64,000 nt of DNA from Octopus sinensis (lineage: Eukaryota), in contig NC_042997.1 in NCBI RefSeq assembly GCF_006345805.1, positions 170,314,001-170,378,000 on the forward strand, in the 5' to 3' direction. The notes beneath the pieces are model-generated. The model worked only from the letters and a program-made list of their open reading frames with translations. It made no database searches and was not told where the DNA came from. This document shows positions 48,740-60,800 of this stretch, piece after piece. The translations under genes were made by a program, and so were the position numbers. Position 1 is the stretch's first letter. Each line of letters starts with the position of its first letter.

Positions 48740-49030
48740 CCATCATCATTATCATTTAATGTCCTTTTTCCCTGCTTGCATGGGTTGAACAGTTTGACAG
48801 GAGCTGGCAAGCTGGAGGGCAGCACCGGGCTCCATTTGTCTGTTTTGGCATGATTTCAATGGTTGGATGCCCTTCATAATGTCAACCACTTTACAGGGTG
48901 TACTGGGTGCTATTTAAGTGGTGCCAGCATGGGTGCTAGTTACGTGACACTGGCACGGATACCTTTTACATGGCGCCAACAGAGGTGCTTTTTTACGTAG
49001 CACTGACACGAGTGCTGTTTTTGTGGTACT
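48740..49030 (-). mobile_element. RTE-tail retroposon (decayed)
   Basis: CATCATTATCATTTAATGTCC...GGTTGGATGCCCTTC. Confidence 0.7.
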
Positions 49031-49157
49031 GGCATCGGTGCTGATGATCACAACATGAATGTCTTTCAATATAGGTCTGCTCAATCAGGGCTGAGTTAGA
49101 GGCGAAACAACAACAACCTGGTTTGAATTCTCTCTTGATGCAAATTCATTTTGCTTA

Positions 49158-49538
49158 TACTCTTTCTCTTTTACTCTTTACTCTTTTACTTGTTTCAGTC
49201 ATTTGACTGCGGCCATGCTGGAGCACTGCCTTTAGTCGAGCAAATCGACCCCGGGACTTATTCTTTGTAAGCCCAGTACTTATTCTATCGGTCTCTTTTG
49301 CAGAACCGCTAAGTGACGGGGATCTAAACACACCAGCATTGGTTGTCAAGCAATGCTAGGGGGGACAAACACAGACACACAAACACACACATACACACAC
49401 ATATATATATATACATATATACGACAGGCTTCTTTCAGTTTCCGTCTACCAAATCCACTCACAAGGCATTGGTCGGCCTGGGGCTATAGCAGAAGACACT
49501 TGCCCAAGATGCCATGCAGTGGGACTGAACCTGGAACC
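49158..49538 (-). mobile_element. CORE-type SINE
   Basis: CTCTTTTACTTGTTTCAGTCATTTGACTGCGGCC...GACACTTGCCCAAG...GGGACTGAACC. Confidence 0.9.
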
Positions 49539-49719
49539 TTATACTTATGCTGCAGATGACTTTGAAAGAAGCATGAGAATGTTACAACTTCCCAGTTTTC
49601 CTCTTCTTCATAAAATATATAAATAAATAAATAAATAAATAAACAGACCCTAAAAACAAAATGCAATCGTTTTATTTTATTGTCTATTAAACTGTTATAT
49701 TTTTTAATTTGATTTTCAG

Positions 49720-49845
49720 CCAGTGTACTGGAATGGATTGGGATCATGATGGAGATGTTCTTGCCATGGTATGTGATAAAGTCAGTACGGTATATCTGTG
49801 GATGTCTCACTCCAATGAGACTAGGAATATTGACAGTGGCATGAA
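49720..49845 (+). CDS. WDR19: WDR19/IFT144 exon
   Basis: ATTTTCAG acceptor and GTAAGT donor, 126 nt, phase 2 to 2. QCTGMDWDHDGDVLAMVCDKVSTVYLW...IDSGMK matches [20 protein letters not shown]...LDNGMR. Confidence 0.94.
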
Positions 49846-50339
49846 GTAAGTATTCATATTAGTGTAGTGCATCATCATTATCATCATCATTATTGTAACA
49901 TCCACTTTTCCATGCTTGCATGAGTCAAATGGAATTTGTTGAGGCAGATTTTGTATGGTTGGATGCCCTTCAACTGTTTCTTAGCAAGGAAATTTTTTCC
50001 CATAACCAGATATGTTTTTCATGGAAGACTGGAAATGAATGACCTTGCTTGTATGAGAAGGATGCTCATCAATTATTATTGTGATGTTTAGAGAAAGGTA
50101 TACAGAAACACATATACACACACATACATACAGACATATATATATGTAAAATATTGGGTTACAAAACCCTTGGTTGGGAAAAAAGTATAAGGCTACCCTA
50201 CCCATGCCATTCAATCCCACATTCCTGAACATAAGAAATATGGTCACTTTTGAAGAAGTTCATGACTGAGTTTATCAACCATTTCCTTAGTTGGAGCCAG
50301 TATAGCTCTTTCACATAGCCAGTTTACATCAGTGTAATT

Positions 50340-51660
50340 GACAATCATATATACACTGACACACACACATACACTCATAGACACATACATGCTCATATAC
50401 AAAATGTGTCGTTGTTGTGGTATAAAATGTCATTTACTATCTCATATGTAAGGAAAGGCGCATGGCTCAGTGGTTAGAGCGTCGAGCTTACGATCGTGAG
50501 GTTGTGAGTTCGAATCCCGGACCGGGCTGCGTGTGTGTTCTTGAGCAAGACACTTTATTTCACGTTGCTCCAGTTCACTCAGCTGTAGAAATGAGTTGCG
50601 ACGTCACAGGTGCCAAGCTGTATCAGCCTTTGCCTTTCCCTTGGATAACACTGGTGCCGTGGAGAGGGGAGGCCGGTATGCATGGGCGACTGCTGGCCTT
50701 CCATAAACAACCTTGCCCAGACTTGTACCTTGGAGGGTAACTTTCTAGGTGCAAACCCATGGTCAGTGTCATGACCAAAGTGGGTCACAACACAACAACA
50801 ACATAAGGAAAATGGAAACACACACACTCTCACTGATACATACCCACTCATATACAAAATGTGTCGTCATCACGGTATAAAATATCTTTTACTATCTCAT
50901 ATGTAAGGAAAGTACAAACATACACACACTCACAAATGCATACACACTCATATACAAAATGTGTTGTGATGGTGGTAGTATAAAATTTCTTTTACTATGC
51001 TGTATATATCAAGCACACAAACGCACACACACGCAGACACATACACACTCATATATAAATGTATTGTGGTGGTGGTATAAAATGTCCTTTACTATGTCAT
51101 ATGTAAGGAAGGTGCAAATACACACACACTCACAGACACATACTCATATATAAAATGTGTCGTTGTTGTCAAGGTATAAAATGTCCTTTACTATCTCATA
51201 CATAACGAAGTGCAAACACACACATACTCACAGACACATACAAACTCATATACAAAATGTGTCACCATTGTTGTGGTGCTGGTATAAAATGTCCTTTACT
51301 ATGTCATACATATTGAGCATGCAAACATACACACGCTCATACAAAATGTGTCATTGTCATTGTTGTATAAAATGTCCTTTACTATTTCGTACATAAGGAA
51401 AGCGCGAACACACACACACTCACAGGCACATATACACTCGTATACAAAATGTGTTGTCGTTGTTGTGGTGGTGGTTAAAAATGTCCTTTACTATGTTGCA
51501 CGTAACGAAGGTGCAAACACACACACTCATATACAAAATGTGTCGTCGTCATGGTATCTTTACTATCTTGTACATAACGAACGTGCAAACACACAGATAC
51601 ATACACACTCATATACAAAACGTGTTGTGTTGGTTGTGGTATAAAATCTCCTTTACTATA
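50340..51660. repeat. Minisatellite with ~90-105-bp unit (CACACTCATATACAAAATGTGT...GGTATAAAATGTCCTTTACTAT...)
   Basis: About 10 diverged tandem units, interrupted by a SINE at 50457-50803. Confidence 0.9.
50457..50803 (+). mobile_element. Young full-length tRNA-derived SINE
   Basis: A box TGGCTCAGTGG, B box GTTCGAATCC, CAGCTGTAGAAATGAGT core, (CAA)n tail; 8-bp TSD TAAGGAAA (50449-50456 and 50804-50811). Confidence 0.9.
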
Positions 51661-53288
51661 GTTGACTTTTAAATAAAATGTTATGTTGTTTTAATCCAAA
51701 TGAAAATAAAAATTACATGTTGACACTCACAAGGTCTAATACTATTACCTTGTAAAATTTGCTTTGATTTGGTGGAGCTGTTTGAGAATGCATAGGGAAC
51801 AGAGCAAAAATTTTATATATGCGTATACTAGCTGACATACTTGGTAATTCGTCGGAAAGCAGGGCTTATCCCTTGGTTCTGTCTGCATAATTGTTTCACT
51901 AATCCAGTAATGACAATACAAAGTATGTAGCCCTTAAAATGGTTTTTGTGTATTTATTGAGAATACGAAACTGTCTTACAAAGGATCTTGTTTTCAGGAA
52001 TTCCCAATAAGTTATGAATAGCTAAATTGTGAAGTCAGTTATGTAATAACATGAAATTAGTTACCTGGTAGTAAGAATTCAAATAAAGTAGCCCTGAAAA
52101 GGGTTTTAAAGCATTCCCAGAGTATATAGAACATAGGAGGAAATACTAATAAAGTATGTATACTAAAATCATGAAGTATGTTACATAATAACAGGCTAAT
52201 CAGATATGAGACAATAACAGTTCAAAGTAAATAACTCTGAAAAAGGCCTTTTGTGCATTCCTAGAGAATTTTACCCTCAGTGGGAATAGTGTTGGTATAT
52301 TTGTGAATAAGTCACTAACGACATTGCGGAAAGAGGTGTATGACTAATGGAAGAATACAACAAACTGATAACCAATGACGAAGAGCAGAAACAATACCTT
52401 CTTAAAATTATTAAAAGCTACAGGTCGTCACTCTCAGACAAAAACAAGAAAACATTACTCTTTGCTTCACAAAAAACAAAAATAAACTTACATAAGTGGT
52501 TATGATATGCCTACTGGGGAAACTTCCACATAAAAACAGTTAACGCGATATACGCTGTACCTCACTATATGCTATGGTCTAGAATGTCATCGATTTTTTT
52601 CAAACTAGGTTAACTAGGTACATATGAAACCGGTTCCAGTGAAAATATCAGCAAAACTATTTTTGAGCACAAATTGATATAAATTTATTTTTAAAGCTTG
52701 GTAGCAACCTCTAATTTTCTCTTTTTCAACCCCAAATTTTGCATACAATGCTTTCTTAGGAATATGAATAAAATAGGAGGGTGTCTCCCTGAAAATTAAA
52801 AAAATAAATTTTTGATCCCTTTTTTTCATCACCATAGTATATATATGTATGTATGACTGATGTATATTGGTGCAAGATACAAGCATCATGGAGAAAATGG
52901 AAAAACTGGTACTTTATGAAGTCCTTGAGATAGTTTTTTGAACTGAGTTACAGATATTCCCTTGTTATACTTACCAACAGAAATGCTATGAACCAATGAT
53001 CATCCTCTTGGAAATCTGAAACTAGTGATGGCATTGTTAAATATTTCATCATGTCTAGTTATGATAAAGCATCACCTTACTTGAAAACAAGTAAGGGTTT
53101 GAAGCACAAAGGACAGCCAGCTGAGAAAAATGTACTCCAACAAATTGAACCTAAGCCATGCAAGCATGGAAAAGTGAAATTTAAATGATGATAATGAACA
53201 ATGATGATCAGCACCACAGTTTTTCATCTTTATACTTTCATTGTCTGTCTTGTATTTTTAATTAATATTTATGTTCTTTATTTTTCAG

Positions 53289-53387
53289 AGATCCACTAAC
53301 ATTCTTAGCCTGGTCAAAGAAAGGTCAACTACTAGCAATTGGCACCATGAAAGGCAACTTATTATTGTACAATCACCACACATCAAA
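53289..53387 (+). CDS. WDR19: WDR19/IFT144 exon
   Basis: TTTTTCAG acceptor and GTAATA donor, 99 nt, phase 2 to 2. [33 protein letters not shown] matches [33 protein letters not shown]. Confidence 0.94.
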
Positions 53388-53739
53388 GTAATACATCTTC
53401 TGTAATTTTGTCATACATTTGCAGGGTTGTTGTTAGCTGTGTTTTTAACTTGGCAACTGTCTGTAGGATTCGTGGGTTATGTCTAGAGATGATAGAGCTT
53501 CCACTCACACAATCATATGTACAGACATATTCAGACCCCCCCCCCTCACAAGCATTCATTTGTTTCTAGTTGACCATCATCTCCTTTTATGCGTATTTTG
53601 ACTATATCTAATCCTTGACAGTTGTTGATGAGACATATGAATATTTGCTTGAGAGGTATAATTAATATATTTCTTGTTATTTTGTGAAAAATTTGTAAGG
53701 TTGTGAAATCAAAATTAAGTATGGATTCTAAGAGTTTCT

Positions 53740-53971
53740 TATTTCTTTATTACTCACAAGGGGCTAAACATAGAGGGAGCAAACAAGGACAGACAAAGAG
53801 ATTAAGTCGATTACATTGACCCCAGTGTGTAACTGGTACTTAATTTATCGACACCGAAAGGATGAAAGGCAAAGTCAACCTCGGTGGAATTTGAACTCAG
53901 ACGTAACGGCAGACGAAATACCGTTAAGCATTTTGCCTGGCGTGCTAACGTTTCTGCCAGCTTGCCGCCTT
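53740..53971 (-). mobile_element. tRNA-derived SINE (GTCGACTTTGCC family)
   Basis: Full reverse-complement family copy. Confidence 0.88.
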
Positions 53972-54391
53972 TTTAAGAGTTTCTGTTAAGCAAAATTTCT
54001 GTTTGAAATTTCATATCTCTTTTAATACTTTAGCATTCAGATTACTTTGTCAAATGTAATGTTTATTTATTTACATTGTTTTGAATTAATTACATATTAC
54101 CTCATACCTTTGAAGTTTCAATTAATTACATATTACCTCATACCTTTGAAATTTCAATTTCCAAAAAAATTTATTTTTGGAATATAGTAGGGGAGGTGTG
54201 AGAAGCTAGATCTGGTCAGTTTGAACATAAAACAGATAGAGTATTTGGGCCTGAATAAAATTTGGGCTGGTTAAAATGCTAAGGGGTTAATGGATAAAAA
54301 GAGAAAAAAAATTGAACAAAATATTTTATCATTACATTTCATTTTATTTTCTTTGTTTATATTTTTATTTCCTTATGTTTTGTTATTTCAG

Positions 54392-54605
54392 AAAATTACC
54401 CATCTTAGGTAAACATTCTAAGAAAATAACAAGTGGGGCATGGAGTTCTGAGAATTTATTAGCTCTGGTTAGTGAGGACAAATATTTGACCATTAGCAAT
54501 TCTGAAGGAGATACATTGCGGCAGTCTCAACTTGGAGGTGACCCTACTGCTATACAGTTTTCAGAGATGAAAACTGATGAACGAAGTGCAATGACTGAAG
54601 ATACA
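54392..54605 (+). CDS. WDR19: WDR19/IFT144 exon
   Basis: TATTTCAG acceptor and GTAAGT donor, 214 nt, phase 2 to 0. [44 protein letters not shown]...[14 protein letters not shown]. Confidence 0.95.
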
Positions 54606-54651
54606 GTAAGTTTATAATGCTTATGAATATTGGTTATTGATTTTTGTATAG

Positions 54652-54800
54652 GCACAAGCATAGCTGTGAAGTTAAGAAGTTCACTTCCTAACCATTTAGT
54701 TTCAAGTTCGGTTCCTCTGTATGCATGACCCTTGGGTATCTCCAGGTCAATCAAAAGCTTGTTGAGTGATTTTGTAGATGGAAACTGGAAACAACCAACA
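54652..54800 (+). mobile_element. Decayed CORE-type SINE, 5' part
   Basis: GCTGTGAAGTTAAGAAGTT...GTTCGGTTCC...GTAGATGGAAACTG. Confidence 0.6.
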
Positions 54801-55021
54801 AGAAGGCTTTTGATGGTTATATGGCCTGCCACACTCTGCGGTCTTAAAAAGGAAAGGGCACAAGGAATAATTCAGTACTATATATATATATATATATTAT
54901 TAAAATTATAATTTGAGGGAATCTAAGAGATACCACCACGCTGGAAATAGCAGCCAAAACTTGACTCTAAAACCACATTAAATGTTTATCCAACAAGGAT
55001 ATCCTTGTTGCTTATTTTGAT

Positions 55022-55029
55022 TATATATA

Positions 55030-55089
<60 letters not shown>

Positions 55090-55091
55090 AT

Positions 55092-55153
<62 letters not shown>

Positions 55154-55178
55154 ATATATATATGTATGTATATATATA
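55022..55178. repeat. (TA)n microsatellite
   Basis: About 155 bp of TA repeat. Many shorter (TA)n runs occur across the window (e.g. 26724, 33066, 62766). Confidence 0.95.
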
Positions 55179-55466
55179 TCTGAAAATATAACATAGGAGG
55201 GTCATACCAGGAATAAATACCTTTGATCATAGCTCTGCTTAAACCATACATTTAACAGTAAAAATGTTCTTTTCAACCATAAACCATTTCAAATTTTGGC
55301 ACTAGTTACATCAAGGTGAACTAAAATCTTGAACTTTGAGTGCCTTAATGAACTGCTCTTAATAAAGGTCACAAGAAAAAGTGTTGTATTATTGTTGAGT
55401 CAATTTAGAGATAGCAATATTTTATTAATTACTGTATTAATAACTACTCTTTTAACCATGTTTCAG

Positions 55467-55579
55467 GTGAGCATTGTCATCTCTCAGCGTTATCTTCTTC
55501 TTTACAATATCAACAATCCAGACAACCCCATCGAATTGAGGTTCAACAAATCTTATGGATCCATTATGGCATATTGTTG
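55467..55579 (+). CDS. WDR19: WDR19/IFT144 exon
   Basis: GTTTCAG acceptor and GTAGGT donor, 113 nt, phase 0 to 2. VSIVISQRYLLLYNINNPDNPIELRFNKSYGSIMAYCW matches [38 protein letters not shown]. Confidence 0.94.
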
Positions 55580-55729
55580 GTAGGTGGGTTTTAATAATTA
55601 TTTAGTTATGAACTTTACTTGATCTTTTAAGTTCCCATTCTTGATGTACTTACTGTTTTGATATCTAGTGAAAGGTTAAGACTAAACAGTAGTGTATTTC
55701 AGAATTTGGAATCATAATTGTGGCCAGTG

Positions 55730-56020
55730 TCAGTGTCACGTAACAGGCACTTGCGACAATGACACATAAAAGCATCCATGCCAGTGGCATATAAAAACAC
55801 TCGCACTGGTGGCACATAAAAACACCTGTGCCGGTGGCACGTAAAAAGTACCCATTACACTTTTGGAGTGATTGGCATTAGGAAGGGTATTCAGCTGTAG
55901 AAACCATGCAAGATCAGACTGGAATTGGGTACAACGCTCTGGCTTACCAGTTCTAGTCAAACTGTCTAACCTATGCCAGCATGGAAAGCGGATGCTAAAC
56001 AATGATGATGATGATGACTG
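55730..56020 (+). mobile_element. RTE-tail retroposon with short GGTGGCAC..AAAA repeats
   Basis: Repeated GGTGGCACATAAAAACAC, then GGCATTAGGAAGGG... and a (GAT)n tail. Confidence 0.82.
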
Positions 56021-56042
56021 TATAAGTATATTATGGTATATA

Positions 56043-56272
56043 TTTCTTTATTGTCCACAAGGGGCTAAACATAGAGGGGACAAACAAGGACAGACAAAGG
56101 GATTAAGTCGATTACATTGACCCCAGTGCGAAACTGGTACTTAATTTAACGACCCCGAAAGGATGAAAGGCAAAGTCGACCTCGGTGGAATTTGAACTCA
56201 GAGTGTAATGACAGACGAAATACCGCTAAGCATTTCGCCTGGCACGCTAACATTTCTGCCAGCTTGCTGCCT
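56043..56272 (-). mobile_element. tRNA-derived SINE (GTCGACTTTGCC family)
   Basis: Full reverse-complement family copy. Confidence 0.9.
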
Positions 56273-57019
56273 TGTAAGTGTATTATGGTATACACACATG
56301 CACATGCATGTATGTATACACACAGATGTTTGCACAAAAGAGAAGAGTTCTTCATGTGTGTCTTGGAAGTTTAAACATATATATTAACAGTTGTGATCTG
56401 TGTCTGCATTATTCAAATTCAAAGTTTCAGATGGCACCTCTGATCCTTCAGATGTTGCTGATCTATGAGATGAGGCGGCCTAGGAAGATTAATTATCATT
56501 GGATGATGTGTAAAGTTAATTTCTTTCTGTGATTGAATACTGTTAGATGACTAATTTTTTTTTTGAAGTGGCTGCTGAATAAGGAACAACTCTGATATGA
56601 AAGTCTTTACTTTCATTAGCTATTTCAATAGAATTTCTGTGAAGTTTTAGTAAAACTTATAAAATATCAACTGATGAATTAAAATTGGCTTATAAGGAGT
56701 TCTACTCATGATAGCATTATTAAGTTTAGCCTTCTTATTGAGGAATATATTGTGGGTAAGTTCAATATAAGCATTTTCACAGAGAAACAGAGGCAACAGT
56801 GTGTGTTCCTGATGAATTAGGTGGAGCCTTGTCAAATATGCTTCAGGTTCTTTTAATCCCAATATCTCCAAATAAAAGAGAACTGGGAGGTGAAGTTTTT
56901 TTCTATTTCTCTCTATTACACAATATTTAAACACCTTAATGAAACTTCACTGAAATTTTGTTTCTTTGAGGATGCCCTTAGAATTTCTGAATAGATTACT
57001 CTTATCTATTTGGTGAAGC

Positions 57020-57632
57020 ACGACCTTCGAACTTTAGGCTTCACTGAGGAAATGACCAGTGACCGAGACCTTTGGAAATATGCTGTGCATGAGAAGACCA
57101 GGCAGGACAAGTGAGTCCAGCCTACTTATGCATGCCTTTCCTCCCTTGGACACACAAAGACCTGTTGAGGCAAGTGAAGTCGATATCGAACCTCATCCGA
57201 CGACAGGCACCCTTGCCAACCCCCCTTTGCTTGCGAAGACCTGTTGGGGCAAGTGAAATCGAAATTGAACCAATCCTATGACTGGCACCCGGCAGATGCC
57301 AGGACCCCTGGACTGTTGGTACGTAAAAAGCACTATCCTAATCGTGGCCGATGCCAGTGCCACCTCGACTGGCTTCCGTGCCGGTGGCACGTAAAATGCA
57401 CCAATCCGACCGTGGCCGCTGCCAACCTCACCTGGCACCTGTGCAGGTGACACGTAAAAAGCACCCCCTACACTCACGCAGTGGTTGGCGTTAGGAAGGG
57501 CATCCAGCTGTAGAAACATTGCCAGATAAGACTGGAGCCTGGTGCAGCCTTCTGGCTTCCCAGATCCCCGGTCGAACCGTCCAACCCATGCTAGCATGGA
57601 GAATGGACGTTAAACGATGATGATGATGATGA
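57020..57632 (+). mobile_element. 5'-truncated RTE LINE (ORF end + modular 3' UTR)
   Basis: LGFTEEMTSDRDLWKYAVHEKTRQDK*, then 3' UTR modules shared with the 42452-43823 array, and a (GAT)n tail. Confidence 0.88.
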
Positions 57633-57686
57633 TTGTGTCAGAGTTTTCCCCTCACCCAATTCAGCAGTCAATGAATTATAACATGT

Positions 57687-57717
<31 letters not shown>

Positions 57718-57894
57718 ATGATAGATCGGTAGCCACTACACACACTTTTTTTCTCTCCTTGTTTCTCTCGTTGTATTTTTCTGTGTCCCTTTCTGAAACG
57801 TAAAAGACTTTTTCTATTCCTGAGCGTTATACTAATACATCTGTTTGTTTTGTACACCACCTGTCTTCGTCTTTTGTTTTTTTTCATGAACTCT

Positions 57895-60800
57895 TCTTAC
57901 CCATCTCTCTCACTACGAAAATTTAACCTTTTAGGCTACTTTCAAGCCTTCGCCATAACTTGATTTATCTTTCCTATCTCTCTCTCTACGAAATTTAACC
58001 TTAGGCTACCTCAAGCCTTAATCCCATCTTTCCGCCATCGGCGGTCTTTCCTCCTCTTCTTCTTCTTATGCTAAAACTTGAAAATCGCCATTACCATTAC
58101 GATTCTACAATTTAAATTCCCAATTCAACTTACTTTCTTCTTCAATTTCAACTCCCGGTCGATGCCCACAGCAAGTTTTTAAAATTTATCTTACTATTTT
58201 TATTTTCCCATACATAGCGCGACATACATTCATTCGTTGTTACTACGTTTATTCATACATTGATAACTTGATTCGTCTTACCCATCTCTCTCACTACGAA
58301 AATTTAACCTTTTAAGCTACTTTCAAGCCTTCGCCATAACTTGATTATCTTTCCTATCTCTCTCTCTACGAAATTTAACCTTAGGCTACCTCAAGCCTTA
58401 ATCCCATCTTCCCCATCTTTCCGCCATCGGCGGTGCGCCCCCCCCCCCACCAATACCGATGAACACTGTTCTCACCCCCCCCCCAACACCAATACCGATG
58501 AACACTGTTCTCACCCCACCACCAATACCGGTGAACACTGTTCTCACCCCCACCACCAATACGGTGAACACTGTTCTCACCCCAACCACTACCAGTATAC
58601 CCTGTTCTCACCATCTACACCGGATACGCCCTTACTCCCTCCTCCTCCCCCCACTACCCCTTCTCCTCATATGCTTTCACTGTGAAAAGACAAGCTGCTA
58701 GCGCCATAGCTCATCAACTGCCCACCGATCTTACGCTTCCTCCTGACACTGCCTCAATCCGACCATCCCCTTTTAGTACCCTCCCGCCTCGTAATATCCT
58801 ACGTTTTTATTTCTTACGAACCTACACCAACCCTTCCTGCCATCGTTCCTCCTTACCCCAACCTTCCCCACTGGTTGCTCCCCTATATTACCCGCACCCT
58901 CTACTATCTCTCCCTCTCTTTCACTGGTGAAACCTTTCTCAACTGGACCCCCCCTCCCCAACTCAACTCTAGAATATCTGTATTTCTTTCCTCTACCTAA
59001 TTACGTTACTCAGTGACGATAACGAATGTCCACTGCTAACACCAGCTCCTGCCCACGGCGTGGTCAGGTTGGAAGAGAGATCAAAAGAAAAATACCACGA
59101 AAACTATCACCACCACAACAACCCTCCTCTTCTCAGGCGCCGAATCCCCCCCCGTCCCCCCCACATCTCCTTCCCAGTTTTCAGAGTTGGCACTATCAAT
59201 GTTGGTACATTGACAGGCAAGTCTAGTGAGATTGTAGAGATGCTAGAGAGAAGACAGGTTGATGTATGCTGCATACAAGAGGTAAGATGGAGAGATGCTT
59301 CGGCTAGGGTCCTCACGGGCAAGGCACTTAGGTACAAACTCTACTGGCAAGGTAACGCGGAAGGTGTAGGGGGTGTAGGCATTCTCCTTGCGGAGGAATG
59401 GGTGGATAAGGTCATAGTGGTTGTCAGGGTTTGTGATAGAGTGCTTAAGCTCAGGTTGGTCCTACAGAGTGGCACAGCTATGATTATCTCAGCCTATGCC
59501 CCACAAGCGGGACTACCAAATGATCAGAAGGACGACTTTTATGATACCCTTCTGCAGGCTACTTCAAAGACTAGTAACAAGGACCTCATCTTTGTAGGTG
59601 GAGATTTTAATGGGCATGTTGGGCGGGAATCGGGTATCTTCACTGGGGTACATGGTGGCTATGGTATTGGCACCAGAAATGATGAGGGAACTAGACTGCT
59701 GGAATTTCTGTGATGCATGTAACCTTTCAATCTGCAACACTAACTTCAAGAAGCCAGTCTGCCACCTTATAACTTATCAGTCAGGAGACTCCGCTAGCCA
59801 AATAGACTTCATCCTCACCAGACAACGGGATGCAGGGTTGCTCTTGAATACAAAGACCCTCCCGGGTGAAGAATGTATCCCTCAGCATAGACTAATCATC
59901 AGTGACTTTAAGCTCGAGGCCAGAAGGACTCCAAGAAACAAACCAATCCAGAAAAGAAGGATTTGGAGGCTAAAGAACCCTTCGCATGGTCAGAAATTTA
60001 GGGACATACTCGTCAAGAAATTTGATGAGAGGGAGGAGGAGCTTCAGACGTCAGACATAGAAGGTAGCTGGGAATTCCTACGGGACAGCTTGCTGAGTGC
60101 CACAGACCAAGTCTGTGGATGGTGCAAAGTCTCTTCCAGACCTAGAATTACGTGGTGGTGGAATAGAGCAGTAGATAAAGCCATCTGTGAAAAGAGACGG
60201 GCCTGGAAAGCCTGGAAGGATGGGGGCAGCAGGGAACTGTACCAGATAGCCAAAAGGGAGGCTGGGCGGCAGGTATACATTGCCAAAGATGTAGCAGAAA
60301 AGAAGAAGTTTGCCAATGTCCAGCGTCGCGAGGATCAAAGAGCTGAAGTATTTCGGATTGCCAGACAGTGTGTCAGAGAAAATAGCGATGTTATAGGAGA
60401 GAAATGTGTCCGCATGGATGATGGGGCACTTGCTTTTACTACTAGTGAAAAGAAAGAGGCTTGGAGAAGCCATTATGAAAGACTGCTGAATGAGGAGAAT
60501 GAATGGGAGGAGGAGAGCCTGCCAAATGTTGACCCAGTAGAGGGACCAGCTACCCGAATAGACAGCTCCCTTGTAGATAAGGCAATTAAGGATATGAAAC
60601 CAGGCAAAGCCCCTGGCCTATCAGGAATCACTGCTGAGATGCTTAAAACAGCTGGATATGTGGGCTATGCCATAGTCACCCGCATTGTAAACCAGGTAGT
60701 TCACAATGGAGTCATACCCAATGACTGGTGCAGCAGCACCATAGTCAACTGCTACAAGGGTAAAGGTGATGCTCTAGATAGAAATAACTACAGAGGTATC

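Noticed and set aside
50457-50530. tRNA gene
   Set aside because: A and B boxes are present, but the sequence continues into a SINE body and tail with a TSD. The same applies to 15370 and the other SINE heads.
57730-57890. Penelope-terminus-like sequence with CTGAAACGT (collapsed ribozyme?)
   Set aside because: The core is missing, so a ribozyme cannot be supported; the family assignment is only from memory.
58445-58620. 27-33-bp repeats resembling a CRISPR array
   Set aside because: Head-to-tail tandem units without unique spacers; part of the LINE 5' region.
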